DNA of 64,000 nucleotides from a virus (IMGVR_UViG_3300013285_000009:12984-76983); one strand, 5' to 3'; shown: positions 52,524 through 61,461, numbered from the stretch's first letter. Notes: generated by a model from the sequence alone, not told the origin. Program-made: numbers and translations.

Positions 52524-53210
52524 ATGAACTACCCTATTACTCAACTTCACCGGGATAACTTTAAGCCCACTTATCTGTATATCAAGCAGCATACAGAAAC
52601 GGGCAAACTCTATTTTGGAAAAACTACCAAAAAGAATGTTGAGAGGTATACTGGTTCTGGAATACATTGGGGCCGTCATATCAGTGCTCACGGGAAAGAC
52701 AAAGTAGTTACACTTTGGTATTGTTTATACACAGAGATCGAAATTTTAGTTGAAACTGCTTTGGCAATGTCGGCAATAATGGATATAACTGAATCAACTG
52801 ATTGGTTAAACTTTAAGCCAGAATCTGGATTAGATGGCGGCTCGTTTGTTGGGTTCAATGGATGGGCTGGTAAGAAACATTCTCCAGAGCACATCGAAAA
52901 ATTAAGAAAACTCGGAAGAGAACGCCCTGTTACTGAAAATATGCGGAATAGTTTTTTAAAGCGTGATTTTAATGGCGCTAAAAATGGCATGGCATTACAC
53001 ATAGATATTTTCGATGACACTGGATTGCTAAGATTTAAATGCCATGGAAATTTCGAGAAATTATGCATTGAAAATAATCTACCTATGGGACCGCTTAAGA
53101 TTTCGTATGCCAGAGGAGGAAAACCAATTTTTACATCAAAATCCACAGGTAGATTGAAAGATTTATCCATGTTAAAATATAAAAATTGGTTTGCTAAAAT
53201 AGCAGTTTAA
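52524..53210 (+). CDS. GIY-YIG-type homing endonuclease (Seg-like), plus-strand insertion
   Basis: YLYIKQHTETGKLYFGKTTKKNVERYTGSG variant GIY-YIG core; only plus-strand gene in this part of the minus block. Confidence 0.55.
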   Translation: MNYPITQLHRDNFKPTYLYIKQHTETGKLYFGKTTKKNVERYTGSGIHWGRHISAHGKDKVVTLWYCLYTEIEILVETALAMSAIMDITESTDWLNFKPESGLDGGSFVGFNGWAGKKHSPEHIEKLRKLGRERPVTENMRNSFLKRDFNGAKNGMALHIDIFDDTGLLRFKCHGNFEKLCIENNLPMGPLKISYARGGKPIFTSKSTGRLKDLSMLKYKNWFAKIAV

Positions 53211-54226
53211 TTACCAAGGAAGTGGGTCAGGATCTCATAATGATCTTCAAAGCATTCTTCACTACGAACTTCTGCGATAGGAACCCACCGTGCTTTTTCG
53301 GCATCGTCACTGCCTTTTACTTTTGGCAGTTCACCATCGGGCAACTGAATATAAAATGCATGTGTGATGATACGACCACGCGGGCTCCGATCCACAGCAT
53401 CAAATACCTTGCTTCGTACAATAGATCCACGCAACACAGGACCGGGTACTTTGATCAATGTTTCTTCACGCAATTCACGGATAGCAGCATCTTCCACATT
53501 CTTGTCAGTCTGTGCATTTACATAGCCACCGGGCAATGCCCACAATCCCTTACCTGGTTCAGCGCGGCGCTTAATCATCAGCACATGCCCACTTTGGATA
53601 ACAACTGCGTCAGCAGTAACAAAGATTGGAGGATACTTCAAACTAGCGTACTGCTTTGCATTTTCAATCAAGAATTCACGTTCACGGATAATTTGTTCGT
53701 ACTCAGGGGTCTCTTTAAATTGATCCAAGAAGTCAAACGTAGTCTTTGGAACAACGTTCTTAATGAAGTTCATATTTACATCACGTTTGAAATACAAGTT
53801 ACGAATGTCAGTCGCATCCAGTGGCTCCAGCAGTTCAACTTCTTCAAAGCCCCATTGCGGAAACGTATCAAGATAGAAACTTGACGGGTCTTTCTTGTGA
53901 CCAATAATGCCAATCTTTTCGCCAGGGACAGTATGCTTGGCAACTAGTGCTTGCACACGAACAGCCCAGGCTTGGTCATTGTAGATAGTATCGGGATTTG
54001 CTTCCACGTGAATAGACAAGTCAAGTCCGCCAGTGGCATACTTGATCATTTTGTAACGTTCATCAAACGTGAACGGGTTCTTGTAAGTGCGAGGCTGATT
54101 AGCTGACCCGCAAATAAAGATTAGTTTTTTGCAATTTGCAGTGGCACGATGCGCCAAGAGTAAGTGAGCAGTGTGGAACGGTTGAAAACGTCCGATTAGG
54201 ACAAGTGTATCGTATTTTTTAGACAT
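53207..54226 (-). CDS. natV: bifunctional NMN adenylyltransferase / Nudix ADP-ribose pyrophosphatase (NatV/NadM-Nudix)
   Basis: N-terminus LIGRFQPFHTAHLLL (HxGH NMNAT); C-terminal Nudix box GGYVNAQTDKNVEDAAIRELREETL. Confidence 0.85.
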   Translation of the reverse strand: MSKKYDTLVLIGRFQPFHTAHLLLAHRATANCKKLIFICGSANQPRTYKNPFTFDERYKMIKYATGGLDLSIHVEANPDTIYNDQAWAVRVQALVAKHTVPGEKIGIIGHKKDPSSFYLDTFPQWGFEEVELLEPLDATDIRNLYFKRDVNMNFIKNVVPKTTFDFLDQFKETPEYEQIIREREFLIENAKQYASLKYPPIFVTADAVVIQSGHVLMIKRRAEPGKGLWALPGGYVNAQTDKNVEDAAIRELREETLIKVPGPVLRGSIVRSKVFDAVDRSPRGRIITHAFYIQLPDGELPKVKGSDDAEKARWVPIAEVRSEECFEDHYEILTHFLGN

Positions 54227-54227
54227 A

Positions 54228-54554
54228 TTAATAACCTCGAATCAATTTGAATGCAGTGAGAGTAGAAGCAATGTCCAATCCATGTTCGTCACAATGGCAG
54301 ATCATTTTCTGTGCTTTTTTCAAATACTCACTGTGGGCGTGACTTGTCCAGTCGTCTTTTTTGTTTTTGACTTCATAATGCCAACCGCAACCATCTGTGT
54401 GGTTGTGAGTGCAGAGCATACCGTGCAACTCTTTGGCAAGTTGATGATCTGGTGATTCGAGTTTAGCCGCAATCAGTTGGGCTTGCAAGTCTTTGAGACC
54501 TTGCTCATGTTGTTTGATTTGTTCTTCGATAGCGAAGAGAGTTAATTTTGACAT
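54228..54554 (-). CDS. small Cys/His-rich protein
   Basis: 108 aa; CTHNHTDGCGWH..HAHSE..CHCDEHG. Confidence 0.4.
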   Translation of the reverse strand: MSKLTLFAIEEQIKQHEQGLKDLQAQLIAAKLESPDHQLAKELHGMLCTHNHTDGCGWHYEVKNKKDDWTSHAHSEYLKKAQKMICHCDEHGLDIASTLTAFKLIRGY

Positions 54555-54613
54555 TGAAAAATCCTTTCAATTAATGTCAGTAGAAAGTCTATCTCTCTAC
54601 AGTTTATAATTAC

Positions 54614-54642
54614 ATTATAGCATGACCTGTATTAAAAGTCAA
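54614..54642 (-). promoter_or_regulatory. family promoter, minus orientation, divergent
   Basis: reverse complement GCTTGACTTTTAATACAGGTCATGCTATAAT. Confidence 0.5.
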
Positions 54643-54657
54643 GCTATAATTTTTGCA

Positions 54658-55710
54658 TTAAAATGCATCGTAGTTGAAGGTATGTTGCTTGATTCTAGTC
54701 AAAGTCAAGCGTGTACCATTGTCTTCAAACACGAACTTACCGTCCACAGCGCTGATAGAAACCAGTGCCTCAGTGCTGAAAGTCTGACTCTTCCATTCAC
54801 CGTCGTCATTTTCGGGTTCTGGATCAAATCCGACTGAAATGCCCTTTTGTTGCAGAGGATTGCCGTCAAACACACTAGGGTTCACGCCTTCTACATCAAC
54901 ACCATTGAACACAACCTTCACATCGTACTTTGTGCCGCCGTCAAATTCTGGCTTAGCATTAAGCATACGCAATGATTCCTGCGGGCTTTCATTGTAGCGA
55001 TTCATTTCTTCAACCAATGCCTTAAGCATATCAAAGTTGAATTCGGCGAACAAGCTAGCGATAGAGCAAATCTTTTCAATGTGATGCTTTGCATCCAAAT
55101 TGTCATTGCAGTATTCAGTAATGAATTCGGCACCAAGTCCCTTGAAGTCAATCATGTAGTAGATACGACCTGGACGATTGCGCATATGTTGGTCAACACG
55201 CCACTTGTCATTACAAGTCAATGCATACAGTTTCTTAGAACCAAATACACCGTCAAGCAAAGTCAAGATAGATTCTTGTTCGTCACGGTCATACACCTTC
55301 TCGAATTCGTCAAACAGAACCATGCACGGCTGTTCAATGTCTTGCAACAGTTTGTTGAAGTTGTCGCCATGCCATGGGCTATTGATAACGATAGTAGGTA
55401 CACCTTGCTCAGCCAACTCAATAGCGATATTCTTAGCAAGCAATGTTTTACCAGAACCCTTTTCACCGTTCAGCATGATACCGGTTGAAACGGTACGCTC
55501 TGTGAAAGTGCGGATAATACGGTCAGTGTTCTTGAAAGTATCACCGTACAGCTTTGATGGCTTCACAAAACTTTCAATTTGTTCCAGATATAGATTACCA
55601 AACGGATCAGCCTTGATGATGTAATTACCGGCGGGTAATTTTTCATGCAAGTCGAGGGAGTCCTTTGTGGACACTTTGAAGCTAGAACCAGATTTCAGAA
55701 AGTAAGTCAT
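54658..55710 (-). CDS. AAA+ ATPase of unknown function
   Basis: Walker A LNGEKGSGKTLLAKN; Walker B CMVLFDEFEK; about 130-aa N-terminal domain and about 100-aa C-terminal domain. Confidence 0.55.
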   Translation of the reverse strand: MTYFLKSGSSFKVSTKDSLDLHEKLPAGNYIIKADPFGNLYLEQIESFVKPSKLYGDTFKNTDRIIRTFTERTVSTGIMLNGEKGSGKTLLAKNIAIELAEQGVPTIVINSPWHGDNFNKLLQDIEQPCMVLFDEFEKVYDRDEQESILTLLDGVFGSKKLYALTCNDKWRVDQHMRNRPGRIYYMIDFKGLGAEFITEYCNDNLDAKHHIEKICSIASLFAEFNFDMLKALVEEMNRYNESPQESLRMLNAKPEFDGGTKYDVKVVFNGVDVEGVNPSVFDGNPLQQKGISVGFDPEPENDDGEWKSQTFSTEALVSISAVDGKFVFEDNGTRLTLTRIKQHTFNYDAF

Positions 55711-55783
55711 ATTTTATCGCGTTGTTTTAATGTATGATTATTATATCAGGGATGCGACCCAATGTCAACATCCCTGATACTTT

Positions 55784-57220
55784 TTATTTACGAGCGTTTG
55801 CCCGAACTTCTTCAAAGGTGATTTCTTTTACAAGCACTCCATCACGAAATACTTCATTCAGCACATTAGTCCAACCACCGGTGCCTTTGTCAGTCCATCC
55901 CATTGGCTGAGTTACTGCTGACTGATATTCACCACCTGATTCCCAAAGAGTAACACGACCACGCTTGCTACGCTTACCACTATCAGTGATAGGGTCTTTG
56001 TAAACATCGCGCCACACCAAACTTTTGAAAGGACCGTGATCACGTTCAGTAGAATATTCACGAACACCAATCGCGCTACACTTCATTGCCCACTGCATTG
56101 TGTCACGATCCACACGTTGCAGCAATGCACCACCTTGACCAAACGCCACGTTGTCTGCACTGAATCCTGCAATTTCCATACAGAACAAGATGCTGTGGAT
56201 GCTTGCTTGATCAATACCATCACCTTGGATGATACGCACTGCTGGGTTTAGAACACGATAGCCTTTAGCGTTGACAGTTGAACCAAAGTGTTTTTCAAGA
56301 ATGTACAAACACTTTACAACCACGTCAGAGGGGTTGCCCGAGTCCGGGCGGACGACCAAAGTTGCGCCACTGTCAAGGACGTCTTGTTTAAGGACTGTGC
56401 CCCAGAGTTCACAGGCTTTGTAAATGTCGTAGCTGTCCGAGACGCAAGCGAAGATGCCCCCTGCTTTTGCGTTTTGCTTGACCATGTTGCGGTACGAGTC
56501 AACTTCATTTTCTTTACCCCAAGATGTTACAGTAGAGTGTTCCATAGCTGGAATACTGAACCCAGCAATGCCAGCGTTATAATACTCCCGAGCGTAAAGA
56601 ATGCCCGAAACAGTATCCGACCCCATAAAGTTGACGAGATGGGCAGCGCCGCCAATTGCAGCAGATTCGAGACTAGATACACCACGAGCACCAAAGTCAT
56701 GAAGTTTGAAATCGATAGTAGATGGGTCACCAGTTTTTTCCAATGCAGCAAGAATGATTTTTTTAGATTCGTAGCTGTTAGTTGCTACTGTAGTAGGATA
56801 CCAAATTGCGCGGAGCAATGCAGTTTCTAGGAACGAGGTGAGCCAGAAGCAGTTGGGATCCGTGTTCTCAATAGTTGCCAATACATTTTTAATAGGGACA
56901 AGTGTGCCTTCAGGAACAGCTTTGATAACGACAGGAAGTTTACCTCCGTGTACCCGTAGAATGTATTCCCATCCTTCTCTGTTGAAAGGTTCTCCGTGAG
57001 CAGTGATGATCGCATCAGCAAGATCAATGTCGGCTTGAACGATTGGCTCAATTAGATACTCCTTAATAAATGCTTGTAATCCGAAGAAAACAGTATCATT
57101 CCATTTACCACCGCGTGATTCAATGTATGAATAAACGTATTCAGTACCAGGGGGATACTGATTAAATTGACTGAATTTGTAACTATCCGAATTGAGAATG
57201 ATGTTTTTAAAACTTGACAT
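55784..57220 (-). CDS. nadV: nicotinamide phosphoribosyltransferase (NadV/NAMPT)
   Basis: collinear NAMPT hallmarks: NSDSYKFSQ, IKAVPEGTLVP, TDPNCFWLTSFLET, KLHDFGARGVSS, GGAAHLVNFMGSDT, RPDSGNP, IQGDGID, SGKRSKRGR. Confidence 0.95.
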   Translation of the reverse strand: MSSFKNIILNSDSYKFSQFNQYPPGTEYVYSYIESRGGKWNDTVFFGLQAFIKEYLIEPIVQADIDLADAIITAHGEPFNREGWEYILRVHGGKLPVVIKAVPEGTLVPIKNVLATIENTDPNCFWLTSFLETALLRAIWYPTTVATNSYESKKIILAALEKTGDPSTIDFKLHDFGARGVSSLESAAIGGAAHLVNFMGSDTVSGILYAREYYNAGIAGFSIPAMEHSTVTSWGKENEVDSYRNMVKQNAKAGGIFACVSDSYDIYKACELWGTVLKQDVLDSGATLVVRPDSGNPSDVVVKCLYILEKHFGSTVNAKGYRVLNPAVRIIQGDGIDQASIHSILFCMEIAGFSADNVAFGQGGALLQRVDRDTMQWAMKCSAIGVREYSTERDHGPFKSLVWRDVYKDPITDSGKRSKRGRVTLWESGGEYQSAVTQPMGWTDKGTGGWTNVLNEVFRDGVLVKEITFEEVRANARK

Positions 57221-57279
57221 ATAAAAATCCTTTATATAAAATGTCTATAAGAGTCTATCTCTTACTTTCTATTTAGTCT

Positions 57280-57307
57280 ATTATAACAGATTATTTATAT
57301 TTTTCAA
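57280..57307 (-). promoter_or_regulatory. sigma70-like promoter for nadV (TTGAAA-N16-TATAAT), relative of the family
   Basis: reverse complement TTGAAAAATATAAATAATCTGTTATAATAGACT; leader ATAGACTCTTATAGAC resembles the family leader. Confidence 0.45.
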
Positions 57308-57320
57308 CTAAATTGGGTAA

Positions 57321-57467
57321 TTAAGCGGTGACTGTCTCGACCGTTTGGGTTTCGAGAATTTGTTGTGTAATAACAACACCACCGTATGCTTGCTGATAGG
57401 TGTCAGCGACTGCCTTGATGAAGAATGTGTAAACTTTACCCTTTGATGTAATCAATGTGTACTTCAT
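57321..57467 (-). CDS. small protein (48 aa), paralog of plus-strand 10116-10268
   Basis: MKYTLITSKGKVYTFFIKAVADTYQQAYGGVVITQQILETQTVETVTA; about 30 nt after the promoter. Confidence 0.45.
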   Translation of the reverse strand: MKYTLITSKGKVYTFFIKAVADTYQQAYGGVVITQQILETQTVETVTA

Positions 57468-57496
57468 TCTGAATCCCTTTGTCTGTTTAAGTATCT

Positions 57497-57525
57497 ATTA
57501 TAACACCAAACCCATTTAATGTCAA
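57497..57525 (-). promoter_or_regulatory. family promoter, minus orientation
   Basis: reverse complement GGTTGACATTAAATGGGTTTGGTGTTATAAT plus leader AGATACTTAAACAGACAAAGGGA. Confidence 0.6.
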
Positions 57526-57806
57526 CCGACTTGTTTGTCGATGATACGAACCAGATCCTCTACGAATACATCGGATACTTTGGTATCAACTTTGACTTCT
57601 AGATTACGGATACGGAAGAATTCGATATCGTACAGATCAGTTCCTTCATTGTAAATGATGTTGACTTGACCCTTCCAACGAGTCATTCCACTAGATTTGA
57701 ACTGCAATCCCTTGCCTGTGTTGACAAGGTCCTTAGCACCCCAGGCAAACATCGCTCTTGGGTCAAGATTCTTGATTTGGGAGAGAATTACTTGTGCTGT
57801 GTTCAT
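57522..57806 (-). CDS. hypothetical protein
   Basis: 94 aa. Confidence 0.45.
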   Translation of the reverse strand: MNTAQVILSQIKNLDPRAMFAWGAKDLVNTGKGLQFKSSGMTRWKGQVNIIYNEGTDLYDIEFFRIRNLEVKVDTKVSDVFVEDLVRIIDKQVG

Positions 57807-57838
57807 TTGTAGTCCTATTTGTTGCTGTCTATGAGTCT

Positions 57839-57867
57839 ATTATACACCCAAAATGATTTAATGTCAA
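57839..57867 (-). promoter_or_regulatory. family promoter, minus orientation
   Basis: reverse complement GGTTGACATTAAATCATTTTGGGTGTATAAT plus leader AGACTCATAGACAGCAACAAATAGGA. Confidence 0.65.
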
Positions 57868-57873
57868 CCGTAG

Positions 57874-57897
57874 GAAAGCCCCTTTCGGGGCTTTCTT
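57874..57897 (-). terminator. terminator hairpin GAAAGCCCC-TTTC-GGGGCTTTC, immediately 5' (minus sense) of the promoter; third copy of the hairpin-TTCCTACGGTTGACATTAAAT unit
   Basis: seen directly; follows the stop of 57914-58171. Confidence 0.6.
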
Positions 57898-57913
57898 TGA
57901 CTGTCAAATATTG

Positions 57914-58171
57914 TTACTTTTTGGGTGTGCCTGCGTTAACAAACGCATACATACGCTCGGCGGCTTCGAGAATTGCATCCAATCCCGGGACTGAAGGCAT
58001 TCCGACTGTAGTAATAATCTGTCCGTTTGACTGACGGTTGCTAATTTCCCAGCCTGCGAACTTATGAGCATATTCAGACATGGTGGCATCTTTGGCCAAT
58101 GCTAGAATATCTGATCGGATCTCGTAACCGTTTTTGTTGAACTTAACTTCAGGTGCTTTAAAATTTGTCAT
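57914..58171 (-). CDS. hypothetical protein
   Basis: 85 aa. Confidence 0.4.
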   Translation of the reverse strand: MTNFKAPEVKFNKNGYEIRSDILALAKDATMSEYAHKFAGWEISNRQSNGQIITTVGMPSVPGLDAILEAAERMYAFVNAGTPKK

Positions 58172-58249
58172 AATGTTTCCTTTTTATTAATGTGTATGTC
58201 TCTGTGTACCTATGTTCAGTACAGTTTATTATATCTATTTTTAGAATTT

Positions 58250-58816
58250 CTAGCTAGTGAGTTTGGTCACGAATGTCCACGGCAATACTGCACGTTTACC
58301 CATATAGTCTAAAATTGCTAGGCTGCTATCAGTGGCTTCTTGCATGTATGTGCTAGGCCCCGGTTGTTCAAGTTCAACATTAGCTGATGTTTCACCGTGC
58401 TCTGTTGTAAAGTGAATACCGTTCTTTGTGCATAAATGTCTAATTGCTTTGTTGTGACTTAAACATACCATACAACCTTTAAAAATGCCATGAGTACGAC
58501 ACCACTGGATACAACGATTCATAAGTGCATCACCCATGCCACGCCCTTGATGTTCTTTTAAAACAGAGAATGCTAGTTCCATGCCCGGTGAATTTGCGAT
58601 ATGTCCTATTGCAATAAAGTCTAGCTTATCATCTTCGATACAAAACAAAATATGATGCTCTGGGTCTTTTTCGAATCCATCGCAAATATTGTTTATCATA
58701 TAATCGCTCATGGTGATACCGAATCTAAGTGATCGACTTTCATCATCTAGTGCTAGCAAGTGAGTGCGATACTTGACCAACTCAGACGGTAGAACCTTGC
58801 GTACTATGTGTGACAT
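58250..58816 (-). CDS. GNAT-family N-acetyltransferase
   Basis: HQGRGMGDALMNRCIQW (motif A Q/R-x-x-G-x-G/A). Confidence 0.5.
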   Translation of the reverse strand: MSHIVRKVLPSELVKYRTHLLALDDESRSLRFGITMSDYMINNICDGFEKDPEHHILFCIEDDKLDFIAIGHIANSPGMELAFSVLKEHQGRGMGDALMNRCIQWCRTHGIFKGCMVCLSHNKAIRHLCTKNGIHFTTEHGETSANVELEQPGPSTYMQEATDSSLAILDYMGKRAVLPWTFVTKLTS

Positions 58817-58938
58817 GATTTACTTTGCTGCTAGAATTGCTTTCGCTGAGGCATGATCGCCCATTCTTGCAAAATGTGTTGCGGCACGAATTCGACCGAA
58901 ATCTTCAAGTAATTGGTAGAGTGTATTCATTATAGATT

Positions 58939-59127
58939 TCATAGTGCCCATCCTGCAGTTGATCGTTTAGCTTGCAATCGGTCGAATTGACGTGTGTAGT
59001 GGTCAATATCGCAAGAGCTAGTGGGGTTGTGAGAAACAATATATGCTTCCAATGCAGAGCCGTAAGTCTGTGGAGTTTGGTATGATTTGAATAGGCTTTT
59101 AACCCATTCGGTAATTGATTTTAACAT
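58939..59127 (-). CDS. hypothetical protein
   Basis: 62 aa. Confidence 0.3.
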   Translation of the reverse strand: MLKSITEWVKSLFKSYQTPQTYGSALEAYIVSHNPTSSCDIDHYTRQFDRLQAKRSTAGWAL

Positions 59128-59186
59128 TAAATTTTCCTGTGTATGTGTGTTCGGGTTTTTAACAGTCCCCGAAACTGTACTATTAT

Positions 59187-59321
59187 TTATGCAAGGCCAT
59201 GTACTTCATAATACTTTTCCATAGCCTTTAATCTAGCAATCAATAGTCTGTATTTGACATAATCCGATATACCTTCTTCGTCATCTTCTATTAGCGTAGG
59301 CCGACGATATACCGTATGCAT
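59187..59321 (-). CDS. small hypothetical protein (44 aa, internal Met of the 59187-59465 ORF)
   Basis: the longer ORF overlaps the better-supported 59371-59595 gene by 95 nt. Confidence 0.2.
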   Translation of the reverse strand: MHTVYRRPTLIEDDEEGISDYVKYRLLIARLKAMEKYYEVHGLA

Positions 59322-59370
59322 GTCAAGTTCATCTGGCCCTGACGGACCATCTTGACTGTTGATACCAAAT

Positions 59371-59595
59371 TTATTTAGCTGATGAAGCAGACGCTGCTGG
59401 GACTTTGACAGCAGGCGTTGCGCTTTTTGCAGGCGTTGCCTTCTTAACGACCTTCTTAGGGGCAAGCTTAATTACCGAAGTTGCTACAGGTGCAGTTGCG
59501 ACAACTGGTGCCTTTGTGGGTGCCTTAGCAACTTCGGTTGCGAACACTGATGATACTGCCAAAACAGATGCCAAGATTACGATTGCTGATTTCAT
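59371..59595 (-). CDS. secreted Ala/Pro/Lys-rich small protein
   Basis: signal peptide MKSAIVILASVLAVSSVFA; repetitive APTKAPVVATAPVAT; RBS AAAGGAAA. Confidence 0.5.
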   Translation of the reverse strand: MKSAIVILASVLAVSSVFATEVAKAPTKAPVVATAPVATSVIKLAPKKVVKKATPAKSATPAVKVPAASASSAK

Positions 59596-59679
59596 TTTAG
59601 TTTCCTTTAAGTTAATGAAGTGATGAGATTTTTTTTATCTCTATATATATAACGCGATAGACCGCATTCCGGTTGACAT

Positions 59680-60132
59680 TTATTTGTGTTGTTTACCCAA
59701 ACTAGCCACCGGGATAGAGTCTAGGTATTCTCTGATGTTTCCGTACAGTCCTATTAGTAATGCAACTTTGCTATCATACACTCTAATGAACGGATCGTTC
59801 TTTGTTCCGGGTACTTTGGTAACACCCAGATAATATGGGCACTTTATTTTCTTACTGACTTCTGCTACAAAACTATAATAGCTACCGTCTGTTATCGTAC
59901 CCATTGGGCAACTGAAAAATTCGATAGATGCAGTTCTGAATGCAAGATCACCTGCGTCAGTTAAGCGCATACCTGCTTGTCTATTAGTCATCCACCACTT
60001 AGATATAACTTGATCAATTGGGGTATCTTGCTCCATAGCAAGGCTCTCCGGCATCTGCGCAAGTACTATTTCAGTGGTGATTTGCTTTTGAGATTTTCGT
60101 TCAGACATCCGGATATACTTGCCGGCCATCAT
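59680..60132 (-). CDS. hypothetical protein
   Basis: 150 aa. Confidence 0.4.
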   Translation of the reverse strand: MMAGKYIRMSERKSQKQITTEIVLAQMPESLAMEQDTPIDQVISKWWMTNRQAGMRLTDAGDLAFRTASIEFFSCPMGTITDGSYYSFVAEVSKKIKCPYYLGVTKVPGTKNDPFIRVYDSKVALLIGLYGNIREYLDSIPVASLGKQHK

Positions 60133-60394
60133 GCAAGAATATAACAGTGAATTTATCTGTCTTAAATTGAATATTCAATTTCTTGCAAAGATTTCTTGCA
60201 TGGCCGGGGTTTGAAAAACTAGTCTTTTTATATTTAGGTACTGCTTCACTATCTAAGTAGTGCTGAGATTTTAGGTTGATAGGCTGGGAGTCAAAGTACA
60301 CTGCCCATATGCCGGCGGCTGCTATAATTTGATCACAGTTGTATGTCACTTTGTTTACAAGTTCCATTAATACAGTTGGTCGTGTCCGGCTCAT
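60101..60394 (-). CDS. hypothetical protein
   Basis: 97 aa. Confidence 0.35.
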   Translation of the reverse strand: MSRTRPTVLMELVNKVTYNCDQIIAAAGIWAVYFDSQPINLKSQHYLDSEAVPKYKKTSFSNPGHARNLCKKLNIQFKTDKFTVIFLHDGRQVYPDV

Positions 60395-60600
60395 TAAAAT
60401 TTACTACCTGTTATTTCTACTTGAATTATCGATTCACTCTGAACCGGCACTTTCGTAGACATTAATTCATAATTGTGAGCTAATAGCTTACTCAATTCGT
60501 CACGAAGGCCCCTTGCGTCCGTGATAGGCATAACCACATCTTTACCATTACGTCCTTCTACTTGTGAAATCCGGTCGATAAATCTCTTGATATGAATCAT
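60394..60600 (-). CDS. hypothetical protein
   Basis: 68 aa. Confidence 0.35.
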   Translation of the reverse strand: MIHIKRFIDRISQVEGRNGKDVVMPITDARGLRDELSKLLAHNYELMSTKVPVQSESIIQVEITGSKF

Positions 60601-60616
60601 TGTTATCTATTTATCA

Positions 60617-61066
60617 TTAAATAACGGTATCAGCTTCAGTTTTCGTCTTAAAAGGACCACTATACGGATATCTTTGAATAAAGATATACTTGGGACAGAA
60701 CACAGATACGAATTCATTCCCTTGTTTAACAGAGAACCAGCCGGCTGCATGATAGCACTTACTCTTCTCCGCAGTGGTGAACAAATGCAAGCCACGCTTA
60801 ATATCTAAGATTGAATTGTAAACAGTACCTTCTGTTGGATAGACCGCAAATGGTAATTGCTTTTTAATAGTACTAGGTCTAATCTTTTGAAATTCAATGT
60901 GGGCAAGTTTCTGAATAGATTTGGTAGTCTTGAAGTTAGTCTTCTCACCATTCAACTTTACTTCGTATTCAGATCCTGTGGCGATGATGTTGCCGACTTT
61001 TTCTTTACCATCAGTGACAATCCAAAACTCTTTAGTGACTGGTTTCGCAATTAATGAGTTAATCAT
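60617..61066 (-). CDS. hypothetical protein
   Basis: 149 aa. Confidence 0.4.
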   Translation of the reverse strand: MINSLIAKPVTKEFWIVTDGKEKVGNIIATGSEYEVKLNGEKTNFKTTKSIQKLAHIEFQKIRPSTIKKQLPFAVYPTEGTVYNSILDIKRGLHLFTTAEKSKCYHAAGWFSVKQGNEFVSVFCPKYIFIQRYPYSGPFKTKTEADTVI

Positions 61067-61461
61067 TTGGTTTCCACTCCGGCTTCATAATGATCAGTCA
61101 TGTCTTCTACCTCAGGATTACCCATTCGGTCTAACCACATTCCCCATGTGTACATAGCATCACCATTGAATCCAGGATGACCTACTAGTTCATACACTCG
61201 GCCCGAACGTGTAACACCACGCATAGTACTAGGATCATATGTCTGTACCGGACTACAAACTCGACCCTCATATCCTGCGTAGCCGACAAAGTGAATGGTG
61301 TCAGCACCGTCAATATCACCCTTTACTTTTAGTACTCGCCATTGAGTCAAGTGGGTTTCTGGTTCTTGTGTCACAGAAGCTGGGCGCCAGATACTAGCCG
61401 CAATCGCTATTTCGGCAAGCTTTGATAAATCAGATAAATCGTTAATTTTAATTGGTGTCAT
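61063..61461 (-). CDS. hypothetical protein
   Basis: 132 aa. Confidence 0.4.
   Translation of the reverse strand: MTPIKINDLSDLSKLAEIAIAASIWRPASVTQEPETHLTQWRVLKVKGDIDGADTIHFVGYAGYEGRVCSPVQTYDPSTMRGVTRSGRVYELVGHPGFNGDAMYTWGMWLDRMGNPEVEDMTDHYEAGVETK

Noticed and set aside
53222-56830. Plus-strand ORFs 53222-53884, 55081-55488, 55178-55624, 56036-56251 and 56288-56830
   Set aside because: Antisense to natV, the AAA+ ATPase and nadV, which are supported by strong family motifs.
9263-57897. Possibility that the ~45-bp recurring element is a CRISPR array or MITE
   Set aside because: Copies are spaced irregularly (200-1500 bp), are intergenic in front of ORFs on either strand, and contain exact sigma70 -35/-10 hexamers at 17-bp spacing. 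This is a promoter family, not CRISPR repeats or a transposable element (no TIRs or target duplications).
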